Shown here: piece by piece, positions 25,681 to 37,982 of the stretch | Position numbering within the stretch: position 1 is the first letter of the stretch | Layout of the letters: the number at the start of each line of letters is the position of its first letter | Assembly: GCA_964016885.1 (NCBI GenBank) | Contig: OZ024741.1 | Span: 62,558,001-62,622,000, forward strand | Length of the DNA stretch: 64,000 nt | Direction: 5' to 3' | Source of the DNA: Eledone cirrhosa | Taxonomy: Eukaryota | Made by a program: the position numbers and the translations under genes | The notes under the pieces: model-generated | Database searches by the model: none | Told to the model about the DNA's origin: nothing | What the model saw: the letters and a program-made list of their open reading frames with translations, nothing else

Positions 25681-27111
25681 GTGATCTGAGGAGTTACCGC
25701 CCCTTTTTACTGTATCGGAAGTTCTAGTAACAGAACAAAATGATCTGTTGCTTAGGCCAGCTCTAGTTTCTCCACACCAGGAAGTCAGGAAGCTGTCCTC
25801 TCCATACTCTAATTTGAGATGCATTTACAGAGTATCAGCAAAGCGCAACTTTTGTGATAAAGTTTTGGTTTTGTTATAGCACAAAGGAATGTGAAGGCTT
25901 TAGCTGTGTGATGATCAGAAATGAAGGGAATGTTATACTGTAGGCATGTTGCTAGCGCCAGGTCAACTTCGACCAAGCAAACCTATAATCAAAAGGCATT
26001 CCAGTTAGGGCCATATCGTCTTTTTTAGGTTATTTTCCAGATACAATGCGTCCAAGATGACATTATTTCTTTAAGACAGTTAGATATTCTCAGAGCAAGA
26101 CTTAACTCTTATTCTTTACAGACCGAAAATGTAATCACGTAGAGTCTTTTTCGATACCTAGAGACTAGTATGAAGTGTCTACATTGTTTGAGAAAGATGT
26201 CTGAATGCGGAAATCGAAGTCGAAATTAAGAGTTATGATTTAGCTAGAATTCGATCATCATTACCTTATCAACTCTGGTCATTATACTCATCTACAGGAG
26301 ACTTAATCTCCAACTGACGAGAGATGATAAACTTATATCAAATAGTAACATCTCTTAATTTCGGACTTTCTCTTTCACTCACCCATTTTTCTGTCAGTGT
26401 TTGCAACAAAATTTTGTCGGTATGTAGATACGCTCTCTTTCTCTCACTCCCCCCTAGTAATGAAAACATGACTGTAATGCAGATACGTTCCCTCTGTCTC
26501 AGTTCCCCAAGTAATATTAATGAAAACAATGGAATTCCTAGTTTCTTATTAATTTGTTTATTCTAACAAACACGTTATTGATACGTTTACAAAATTACCG
26601 TCAGTTTTTAAATTTATACGTGTAAGGGCGCCAACATTCTGCTTGTCTGTGGCGCTAGCACTCGTAGGGCAAAACATTTTGTCTTGACGTTCTTCCAATC
26701 CACTGTTCTAAATTTAAATATTGCCAAGGTTATGAACCTCAGAAATCGATAACAAAAAGCACCAGTTATACATTGATTCAATATAATATCTTCTGTGTGT
26801 GTATAGATTAAGTATAACATTTATACGATTGTTTAAAATATTTGCATTACTAGTTCACGACGAATCACATCTCTCGGATGATACTGTTTATATCCTGTAT
26901 CATTTCTAGAGCAGAACATAAGTCTAAGGGAACTAACTCTAATAATTTTAGGAGAAATTAATGTTAGCTTCAGAGTTATCTACCTTATGATTTAAAAATG
27001 TAAATTTATAGAAACAATTAGTATCAGTTATCGTATTACATAGCACTAGATCAGAAACTAGACTATCATGATTTAGAGCCCCATAAGAGCTATATATAAA
27101 AAAAACTACGC

Positions 27112-27265
27112 TACCTTTCTATCCTCCGGGTAAACGCCTTCTCTATTCTGTCCACTGGGGCGGCCAGCATGTGGAACCACATTTGCTCATAATAGTGAGA
27201 GATGGGGGTATGCGAGAGAGTTGGAGTTCGGCTCCTCTGTGTTCGGGCCTGGTGTATATCATACA
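27112..27265 (-). mobile_element. Possible decayed CR1/Jockey-like LINE fragment
   Basis: Minus strand DRIEKAFTRRIE, reminiscent of post-RT LE.VQR.FTR.I. Confidence 0.35.
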
Positions 27266-28150
27266 TAAATTAAGAACTATCTTAAACGAGGCAATAACAA
27301 TTTATCTCACAGTCAGTATTCTAACTAACTAGCATTTTATCCCAACATAATCCTCACATCAAATCCGAGCCAATAAGGGAACTAATATCTCATCACTAGA
27401 CTTGCTAGAAAGAGCAGCGAAATTCTCATAAATTACACCTTACTGTCTAAAAGAAAAAAAAATGAAATGGCATTAACTATTTAGATACAGGCATACATTA
27501 GGAAACAACAGCGCTTCCCTACTTTTAATAGATAACGCCATATACTATATACTTGAGGGAATAATGAAATGCATATTCATATTTAGCGTTGTTATTTGAG
27601 CTAGCCTGAAGAGCTTCTACGAAATCACTCAACTTATAAATGTGGCCGCCATATTACTTGCAACAAACTATTTTAAAATAGAAATCTGTTTAAGTTTTGG
27701 ATATTATATAATTTAGTTACGCCACATGCGTGCAAAAGATATGGATGTATAATGGTTAACACTTAATGAATTATCCATTAAAATGGTAACTACATCGCGG
27801 ATAAGGTGTATCTAAATAATTCTAATTTCTTACCAATCCAATATATATATTTCGTAATTCATTTCCCATTACTTCGGCAAGTACAATGCAGGGTATGTTT
27901 TACTGATGAAGTCATGTAAACAAAACAAAAAAAAACGAATAGGCTATTTTATCGGTCTCGGTAAAATAGACAAACATGCCTTTTAAGCTTATTTTACCGG
28001 TACAATAGATCTCCAGGCTATTTTTACCGGTAAATATAAATAGGGTTAGGTTTAGATTTTAAATTGTCTTCATAATTGGTGGTGAAAATAAATAAACTTC
28101 TGTGTTAAATATGTGTTGTTATTTTTAACATTACTTGCCTTCATAATAAT

Positions 28151-28337
28151 TGTTTCTACTTTTGGCACAAGGCCAGCAATTACCCAGTACATTACTGGTA
28201 CTTTATTTTATCGACCCCGTAAGGATGAAAGGCAAAGTTAACCTCGGCGGGATTTGAACTCAGATCATAAAGGGACGTAACTCTATGCTTCAAAGCATGG
28301 TGTCCGACTCTCTACCGATACAGCCAATCCACCTGCC
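28151..28337 (-). mobile_element. CORE-type SINE, young copy with TSD-like tgccttcataataat
   Basis: Close match to 37272-37446 and 46773-46962; direct repeat on both sides. Confidence 0.9.
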
Positions 28338-29146
28338 TTCATAATAATAACAACATTTACCGGAAAAATAGCCTCGTCCAAAAAAAAAAAAAACCATTTG
28401 ATTATGCTTTTTCTGCTTTGGTTGGTCACTAGGTGTAGTCCAAGAACTGAATATGTATCTTCAAGTCTAACTTTACACTAGGAATTAAACATAAATTTGG
28501 GGGGTAGGATTTATGAATTTGAAGCATAAAGCTGTGGCTGTGTAAGTCAAATCGACTTTAAACATTTTAACCGAACCAAAACAATGATACTGCACAGCAA
28601 AACTATCTATTTTCGTTAATATCATATATAAACTGAAATATTGTCCCGTGTGCAGAAAAATCAATAAAGGGTCTTCTACAAAATTGATTGAGCTGCTAAA
28701 ATTGAGTCAAATCTCTCACTGTTGAGTTAAAAAGACATGGACACATTACCTAATGCATTGTTGTCTTTTTAAAGTATGGGACGGTCAAAATTAGAATGCC
28801 TATTATCATATATCTATTTATTATTAACAAACTGGGACTAAGCAACAACATAATTGTTTACATAGGAATGGTCACTTTGAATTACAAAGAGATATGACAT
28901 GTAGTGTTATTTGATGAAGCAGTAGATGGGCAAGTTAAAGGTATTCAGTGTTTAATTTTCTCTATCTACGTGTATATGCTCCAGTTGAGGCATATATCTA
29001 GTAGGCAACACCACCCCCTACCATATCCCCTCCCATACAACTCACTTGTTGTAATCATCCCACCCCTATACCTACGTCCCCTATTTCCCCAAGCACTGCC
29101 CCCCCCCCTCCAAGTCCCCCCCCCTCCGGAGCCACAACAAAAGAGC

Positions 29147-29520
29147 CCACCCACACTGTAGCGTGGTCATGTACGTGTCACGATAAAAGCGGCTAGTCCA
29201 CACTATAAAGTGGTCATGTAGGTGCCATGTCAAAAAGCGTACAGTCCACACTGTAAAGTGGTTTTGTTGGCAACACGACAAAAAGTGCCCAGCCCATAGT
29301 GTATAATGGTCGTGTAGGTGTCACGACAAAAAGCACCCAGCACATACCGCAAATGTGATTGGCATTAAGGAGGGCATCCAGCCCTAGAAACCAAACCAAA
29401 ATCAATTCTGTGTGAGCGAAACACGATCCTCTGACCTGGTCTTTCACAAAGGGACAGCCCATTCTACTCATGTAAACATGGAAAATGGACATTAAACAAT
29501 GATGATAAATGATGATGATA
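29147..29520 (+). mobile_element. RTE-associated 3' tail / SINE tail with ~40-bp internal tandem units and (GAT)n end
   Basis: Repeated cacactgtaaagtggtc.tgtaggtgtcacg unit, gagggcatccagc, catggaaaatggacattaaac then gat repeats; matches 34215-34466 and 36575-36806. Confidence 0.75.
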
Positions 29521-29830
29521 GGATTCTATATACAAATACTGCCAGGGTTTGCATTAACTTTAGTGATGATAAAGTAACTAATATTTGAATTAATGCTAAG
29601 AGATATAGGGACCAAAGATTTTATTCACAGAGCATTCAACACAAATAAAGGGATCACTCATACATCTGGGGATACATCAATTATTAAAAGAATATAGTAT
29701 TTCAACATAGAGCCCTTAGTAAAGAAAATAATGCTCTAAGATAGTGAAATTAGCAAAGTTTAACAGCATGTAATCTAGAATTATAATTTATGTTTATATA
29801 ATTCAACTTAATAATATAGTCACAAATTAA

Positions 29831-30048
29831 ACCTTTAGCATTTAAACTGGCTGTATCCAGCTAGAATTCTCTCACCTCTTTCTGTTTAAACTGGCCATAA
29901 CTGGCCACTCATACCCATAACAAGGTATTATTCTTAAATAAATAACATCAAAATCTCGTAGCTTCGATATTATGAGATAATTATGTGAGGTAAAGCCTTT
30001 GCTATGAAAATACCATTGTAAATAAAGAGTAATGTAAATGCTAAAGGG
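29831..30048. mobile_element. piggyBac-type MITE
   Basis: TTAA on both sides; ends acctttagcattt / aaatgctaaaggg; second copy at 41072-41291. Confidence 0.8.
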
Positions 30049-30876
30049 TTAAGTCTGTGAGGTGGTTTGATATTTCTCTTTGAATGCTGAAGTTCATCAA
30101 TGGCAATGATACATACAGCAAGGCTTGGTGACATAATCTCACTATCTCTGTTACTAACAAATTCTCCCTCATTTGAAACAATATTTCTGTGGAATAAAGA
30201 ATAAGAAGCAGGAGTGCTATTGGGACCTAGAACTGAGTTAAAAATTACTAAGTCCAATATCACAAGCTTAACTAATTCACCTGAAGATGAGAGAGTGTTC
30301 ACTATTCCTTAATTTATGGAACAAAGGCAAATTTGTCTCACATTTGAGTAGTGCAGGCCCTTCTACTAAGTATATTTGTTTTATTTTTTAATGAACAGAG
30401 CCAAGAGAAATTAATCAAGATAATAAATGCTAACTGAAGAAAAGCACCTATAGAAAAAGAAAATTATTATGAGAAATTTCAATGGGTGCAATTGAGAGCA
30501 GAGCTCAGAATTTGTCAACGCTTATTAATGGTCAGACCCCATCGTTCCCTGCGAAGTATAATGTAAATGCCATTTTTCTTATCTCTCTCCAGCCTATCGG
30601 TCCATTCATTCATATATCCGTGTCTTTTGCTCTCTCTCAATGTTATTCTATAATTCTGTCTGGTTGTTTCTAAATAATCTTCTTGTATTTAAAAAACCCC
30701 ATTATTCGCTTATTATTACTGTTATATGCTTCTCCAATTATGCCCCAAATCCGAAGATTTCATTTAAACCCTCTCGCTAACTACCCCTCCAATCCACCCC
30801 CACTCTCCACCATTATTATTAGGACCAATCATAAGTCAGCGGACTATGCTATCACTTCTGGCTGCTTGCTGATATC

Positions 30877-33800
30877 ATGGATGGACTATGGAATTCTGGA
30901 GAGTCTGAAAAATCTGGACACTCAGTGACAATGCTAAAGATAAAGACAAATTCACCTGATGCTGCCGGACAAAAAGACAATGACTCCTCTTTGTTTCGGC
31001 CGCGGATGGCCAACATAACCCCAACCCCATCCCCCTCACCCCTCCCCGCGCCCCACCGTTCCCACCCACCAAACGCAATCCAAAACTTCAGAGTTGGTAC
31101 CATGAATGTAGGCACCTTAAAAGGTCGCTTTAACGAGGTTGTAGAAATGCTTGGAGGTAAGGAGGTTGATGTTTGCTGTATCCAAGAGACCAGGTGGAGG
31201 GGTGGTTCTGCTAGATTAATTGTGGGTAAAAAACGATGCTATAAGCTTTTCTGGGTGAGAAATGACAATGGGCTGGGTGGGGTAGGAATCATGTTAGCAG
31301 AAAAATGGGTAGATAAGATAATAGACGTAAATAGAGTGAACGACAGAATAATTAAAATAAGACTTGTCCTAAATAGAACTACTGTGACAGTAATATCTGC
31401 GTATGCACCCCAAACTGGACTGCCTGGCGCTATAAAAGACAGATTTTATGAGACATTGATGCTCACTACCTTCCAAATAACCGACAGTGACTACGTAATT
31501 ATTGCTGGCGACCTAAATGGTCACGGTGGACAACATTGCGACGGCTATGACGGAATCCATGGAGGCTATGGGTTTGGTACTAGAAATGAGGAAGGCTCCA
31601 GAATCCTGGAATTCTGCAACGCAAATAACCTAACTATCTGTAACACTAACTTCAAAAAACGAGACAATCACTTTATCACCTATAGATCAGGGGAACACGC
31701 CAGTCAGATAGATTATATCCTTACCAGAAGACATGATAGAGTGTCTGTTGTAAACACTAAATCCCTCCCCCATGAAGAATGCACCTCCCAACATAGACTC
31801 ATGGTCAGCGACCTCATAGTCAGAACAAGACGTACACGACAACAGAGGAGGACTATCCTCAGGAGAAAAATATGGAAGCTAAAGGACCCCACAGCCAGTA
31901 ATAAATTTAAAAGCATATTACTTGATGCTTTCGACAGTAAAGAAGAGCAATTAGAGTCGTACAATATAGAGGAACAGTGGGAATTCCTGAAAGCTAACCT
32001 GCTGAAGGTGGCAGATGAAGTTTGTGGCTGGAGCAGGCCTATAGGCAGGAGGAGAGTAACGTGGTGGTGGAATAGTAAGGTGGAGGAGTCAATTAAGGCC
32101 AAAAAGCAGGCTTGGAAAGTATGGCGGGATGGGGGAAGTAGAGAAGACTATCAAGTGGCCAGGAGGGAAGCTAGGAGACAAGTGTACTTCGCAAGAAGGG
32201 AAGCAGAGGAAAGAAAATTCAAGCATGTTCTACAACGCGAGGACCAAAAACGTGAGGTGTTCAGGATTGCTAGGCAATGTGTCAAGGAAAACCGTGATAT
32301 TGTCGGGGAAAAGTGTGTCCTTAAAGATGATGGTGTACTTGCCATCACTGACGCTGATAAGAAGGTAGCTTGGAAGTGTCACTACGAAAGGCTACTAAAT
32401 GAGGAAAATAAATGGGAGAAAGACAGTCTCCCCCACATCGATCCAATAGAGGGACCAGCAGTGCGAGTTGAAGGTAGTATAATAAGTAAGGCAATCAAAG
32501 ATATGAAGACGGGTAAGGCGGCCGGGCCTTCAGAAATAGTTGCTGAAATGCTGAAAGCATCTGGAACGGTGGGACACACTATGGTCACCCGGATAGTAAA
32601 CCAAGTCATACAAAATGGGGCCGTTCCAAAGGACTGGCGTAGCAGCATCATCATTAACTGCTACAAGGGTAAAGGAGATGCTCTTGATAGGGGTAACTAT
32701 AGAGGCATTAAATTAATCGACCAGGTCATGAAGGTCACAGAAACTAATCAGAGAACGAATTGATTTTGATGAAATGCAGTTCGGGTTTGTGTCAGGTAAA
32801 AGTATCACAGACGCTCTTTTCATTGTACGACAACTACAAGAGAAGTACCTAGCTAAAAGTAAACCCTTATACTTAGCTTTTGTTGACTTGGAGAAAGCCT
32901 TTGACAGAGTCCCCCGCTCCATTATCTGGTGGGTGCTTAGAAAACTAGGTGTTGATGAATGGCTTGTGAGAGCTATACAAGCCATGTATAAAGAAACAGT
33001 CAGCAAGGTTAGAATTAACAACGAATATAGTAAAGAGTTTAGTGTAAAAGTTGGTGTTCATCAGGGCTCCGTCCTTAGCCCCCTACTATTTATTATTGCC
33101 CTTCAGGCTATAACAGAGGAGTTCAAGACCGGCTGCCCATGGGAACTCCTATATGCAGATGATCTAACGCTCATAGCTGAATCAATGGCTGAACTAGAGA
33201 AGAAATTCCAAACATGGAAGTATGGCCTAGAATCAAAAGGCCTTAAAGTTAACTTGTCTAAGACTAAAGTTCTAGTTTGTAGGAAGGAAAATAGGGCACC
33301 GGTCCCAACTGGGAAATGGCCATGCTCAGTGTGTAGGAAAGGAGTAGGCAGAAACTCCATTTCATGTCCCTAATGCAAAGTATGGGTGCATAAAAGATGT
33401 AGTGGGATCACAGGTAAGCTAACTAAGAATATAGATTTTATATGTGGCCGGTGCTCTGGTGCAATAAGTAGCAGCAAGTGCCCACAGAATACTAGCTCAT
33501 TCCATTGCACAGATGGTACTATAGAAATAGTGGACACCTTCCGTTACCAGCAGTGGGGGAGGGTGCTCTGAAAGTACAGTAGCAAGAGTCAGAACAGGAT
33601 GGAAAAAATTCGGAGAGCTTATACCACTATTGGCCGCTAAAGGGTTCTCTCTAAAAATGAAAGGCAGGCTGTATGATGCCTGCATACGAACAGCAATGTT
33701 ACATGGCAGTGAGACCTGGGCATTGTGTGCAGAGGATATACGCAGACTGGAGAGAAATGAAGCTTGCATGCTCTGCTGGATGTGTAATAGTAATATACGT

Positions 33801-34432
33801 GAACTGCAAAGCATAAACGAACTAAGGGAGAAATTAGGAATAAGAGGGATCAGATGTTGTTTACTCGAGAGAAGACTACATTGGTACGGTCACATGATGC
33901 GCATGAAAGACGACAGCTGTATAAAAAAGTGCAGGGCGATAAAAATAGACGGTAGCCACGGAGTAGGTAGACCCAGAAAAACCTGGGATGACTTGATAAA
34001 TTCCGACCTCACACACTTACACCTCTCCAAGACAATGTCACTGGACCGAGATCTTTGGCGCTACACAGTCATACAGAAGACCCACCTTGCCTAAGTACAA
34101 AGCGAAACCTAGTCAGTAGGCACATCTAACAAAATACCCCCCCCCCCCGTCCCACTACCCCCACCCCCTTAAATGTGAAGTTATGTTGGTAGCACAACAT
34201 CCAGTCCGAAAAAAATGAATCGTGTAGGTGTCACGACAAAAAAAAACACACAGTCCACGCTGTAATGTGGCCGTGTAGGTAACACGGTAAAAACCTCCCA
34301 GTCCACACTGTAAGCGTGGTTGGTGTTAGGAAGGGCATCCAGACAGTCCTATACGAGCAGGACAACAAATCTTGCCTCAAGTGGGAAACCTCCCGTCCAA
34401 ACCCATGCAAGTGTGGAAGATGGACGTTAAAC

Positions 34433-34466
<34 letters not shown>
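30877..34466 (+). mobile_element. Near full-length RTE-clade LINE (APE endonuclease + RT + PHD-like finger), disrupted
   Basis: APE: GTMNVGTL, CIQETRW, ISAYAPQ, GDLNGH, QIDYIL, SQHRL; RT: GNYRGIKL, FVDLEKAFDRV, GVHQGSVLSP, YADD; CSVC...C..C..WVH.RC...CGRC; frameshifts near 32745 and 33545, stop at 33371; (GAT)n tail. Confidence 0.95.
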
Positions 34467-34467
<1 letters not shown>

Positions 34468-35334
34468 GAGCAAATTGAATGAAGTATGGCAAATAGGACA
34501 TCTCCCCTCTAAGATTCTGAAAGCTACCTTAACTTTATAGCTAACAATATTTGTTTTAATACAGTCCGATAGATTCTATCACACTGTCCATTTCTTCTAG
34601 AATACAAGGAGTAGTTCTGCTCTGCACAAATCTTTGTTAATTCAACAAAAAATGGATTTTGAAAGATATGAATTATGTACCTCTATTGCTGTGGATACAG
34701 CCAGGAGCTTCAACTAGAAAAAAAAAAAATGTTGAGACATTGATCAATAGTTGCTGTTCTTTTATTGTTTTTTTATTTTTTATTTTTTGCTTTTGCTTAT
34801 TAAGTCTGAAGGAAGAGACAGACCCTCCCTAACTTGTGATGCCATTGATGAGATGTTCTGCTTAAACTGTAGCAAGTTAGTGCTTGTAGAATAAAAACAT
34901 GGGCAGGGTAAGACTTCTAGAGAAATGTTATTCTTGACAGGAAGGAATGGGTGTAGAGGTTCAAGCAAGGGCTTTGACACAACATGCTTAATGAAAGGAG
35001 AAACAGCTCAAGGAAACACAAAAGCAGAACACAAGTATTTATTAGTCGTCACTGAAAGATGTTTTGAGATATTGACTGTTTAGATCCTAGAAAATTGAAT
35101 GAGATGCATTTCATAGCCTGAGTAGCCTTTATCAAGTGTTGTCCATAGTATTGCTAAATTTAGGGTTTAGCCTGGAGCATATTCAGCATCCATAACAAAT
35201 ATTATGAATAGCCTTAGTAGAAAATGGAAAATTTTCTTCATTTACATAACACAAGAATGTTCTCACATCTGAGAGACACAAGTCATCACAAATACATTAA
35301 AAACTCGGTAATCTGATTGGGTAAAGGTGCAGAT

Positions 35335-36190
35335 TCAAGATAAGACATCAGTGCAAACATTCATTTGTCCTCTTCACTGACTTATTCCTGGGAGGGTCTC
35401 AGAGACATAGTCCTCAAACACTCCTTCCAGCAGGTCTTAGAAGAAGCCATCATCTCCAACTGATCTGGCTGGATCCTCAAGCGAGACCAGCTGAGCTCAT
35501 GGATGTTATTTAACCATCTTGCTCGGGGTTAACCCTGGGTCTCCTACCAGTTGGTTTTGCCTATAAAATCTGTCCAGCAATTCTTTCCTTAGACATTCTA
35601 ACCACATGCCAGTAGTATCAAAGCTGTGATCTCTCAATTTGGAAAAGTAGCCACTCTACCTGGAGCAACTCTCTAATCTTGGAGCTATGCACTCTATCGA
35701 GTAATATTACTCCAAAGATCCTGCAGAGGAACACCATTTCAGCCGTTTGTATTCATGACCGTATTCTTTTGGATAATACTCAAGATCCATGAGCATAGGC
35801 ATAAAAACCAAATTGAAGATTGCAAGTTTAGCTTTTACACCTACCTCCTTTCTTCTGATTACTGAATGTTGAAGTTGGTACATTACTGCACCAACTCCTG
35901 TAAGTTTGCTCTTAATTCAGCTTCCATCATTCAAGAACATGGCATTGAGATGCTTGAACTTCTCCACTTGCTTCAGTGGAACTCCATTCACATTCAGAGC
36001 GTCTCAGTCTTGCAGCATCGATTGTCATTAGGCCATGCAGCACTCAGTATCAAATCTATCAAGTACTTGTTGGAGATCATTTTTCATATTGATAATAAAT
36101 ACCAAAACTACATGAAAATCATTTGACTCTCCAACATAATATGTTGTCATCCTTTATTTTGCATTCATGAGATTTATCAAATATAAATTG
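35335..36190 (-). mobile_element. Decayed 3' part of Rex3/Expander-like RTE LINE
   Basis: Minus strand KAKLAIF...AEMVFLCRIFGV...IERSQL..WHVVRM...GRRPR...RARW. Confidence 0.75.
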
Positions 36191-36406
36191 AATGCTTTGC
36201 TGGTCTGCTGTAAAGATGACAAAGTGTATCCCTGGGAGTTAGTGTTGTCATTTACGTCAGCACTCAACAATTGTGCCTGCTTCCTTCTGAATAGAAGAAG
36301 ACAACAATTCACATTTGGAATGGATGTGAACTACCACTAAACCAACTAAGCAGTTGCCTTGGGTGCATAATGCATGAAACATTATTATTTATATATTTGC
36401 TTCAGT

Positions 36407-36806
36407 GGAGGCACATGGCTTAGTGGGTAGAGCATTGGCCTTGCAATCGAAAGGTTGTGAGTTCAATTCTCAGACCGGGTGATGTGTTGTTTCCTTGAGC
36501 AAGACACTTTATTTCACATTGCTCCAGTTTACTCAGCTGTAGAAATGAGATGATAGGACTGGCGTCCCTATCATTCCACTGCAAAGAGGTTGTGGAGGTG
36601 CCATGGCAAAAAAAAAAAAAAAAGCACCCAGCCCACACTGTAAAGTGGACGTGTAGGTGTCACGGAAAAAAAGCACCCAGCACTCACTGTAAATGAGGTT
36701 GGTGTTAGGAAGGGCATCCAGCTGTAGAAATTAAGCCAGACAGTTCCCATCCCATCCTTGCAAGTAGGGAAAAGCGGATGTAAAAATGATGATGATGATG
36801 ATGATG
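36407..36806 (+). mobile_element. tRNA-headed SINE with RTE-type tail and (GAT)n
   Basis: tggcttagtgggtagagc A-box, gagttcaattc B-box, ccttgagcaagacact, aggaagggcatccagctgtagaaa, (gat)n. Confidence 0.85.
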
Positions 36807-37271
36807 AGGTAATGAGTTGATGGAACTGGTACAGTTTATTGCAGGAGGTAATTTCGTTTGACTCTTCTTTATTCAAATTTTTCTAAAGTAGATTTTGGTT
36901 TTCATCCTTTCCAGATCAATATTATGAAATACCAGTAATACAACAGTGTGGGTTCAATTGATTATACTCCCCCACAAAAAAACAAGGGGTTGGATCTAGA
37001 AAAGAAAATGAGTATTATTTACCTTAATGTAGGTTTTTCAACTGAGTTTACTTCAAATGTTGCTTTAATGCTTGGCAAATAAATATACGGGTTTCATTTT
37101 CATACTAAAGTATAAAACCATTTTGATAACTTCATTGCGTGTTACTTTTATTCTTATTTTAATCATGCATTTGGTGAATAGCATCTAAATAGCATAGAAA
37201 TACTTGTGTATTTTGTACACACAAACATATATATCTGCTCTACTGCAGCTACAATTATATATATATAGATA

Positions 37272-37446
37272 ATTGTTTCTACTTTAGGTACAAGGCCAGC
37301 AATTACTGGTACTTTATTTTATCGACCCCGTAAGGATGAAAGGCAAAGTCAACCTCGGCGGGATTTGAACTCAGATCGTAAAGGGACGTAACTATGCTGG
37401 AAAGCATGGCGTCCGACCCTCTACCAATACTGCCAATCCACCGCCT
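37272..37446 (-). mobile_element. CORE-type SINE with TSD tatatatatagataat
   Basis: Family match and flanking direct repeat. Confidence 0.88.
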
Positions 37447-37982
37447 ATATATATAGATAATGAAGGCAGTGAATTAAAAAGGTAGTTACAGCATTGGATA
37501 AAATATTCAGGTACTTTACAATCCGAGTTCAAATCTTGCCAGAGTTGATAATTAAAGAACTAGTCCAAGGCAGGGGATTGGCGGAACTTTTAGCATGATA
37601 GACGTATCTGTTCAGGCTCTTTACACTCTGAGTTCCATTTCTCCACTTTATTGGAGTTTCATCAATCACAAGGGTATTGCATGGACTAACAAATAGCATT
37701 AGGCATGTGTTCATAAGACACCTATGCATCAAGAGGGTATGGCAGGAGTTTTATTTTCATATATAGATACACACAAACATGCCAATAAAAGATGAACACA
37801 GTTTAAACCATTAATAGGAGTTTCTTTTGAATATACTGTCTCAATTGTTCTAGTTCTAAATGCAAGCATCAATCTGAATTACAAAACTACAGACAGTCTC
37901 ATAAGCAATGAAGTTGGAAGTTAATATAGGAAAGATTGTGACTCAGCAACATATAAAAACAATAACAACAAGATAGGGGTGG

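Noticed and set aside
36407-36480. tRNA genes suggested by A/B boxes here and at other SINE heads
   Set aside because: No complete cloverleaf; each continues into a SINE body
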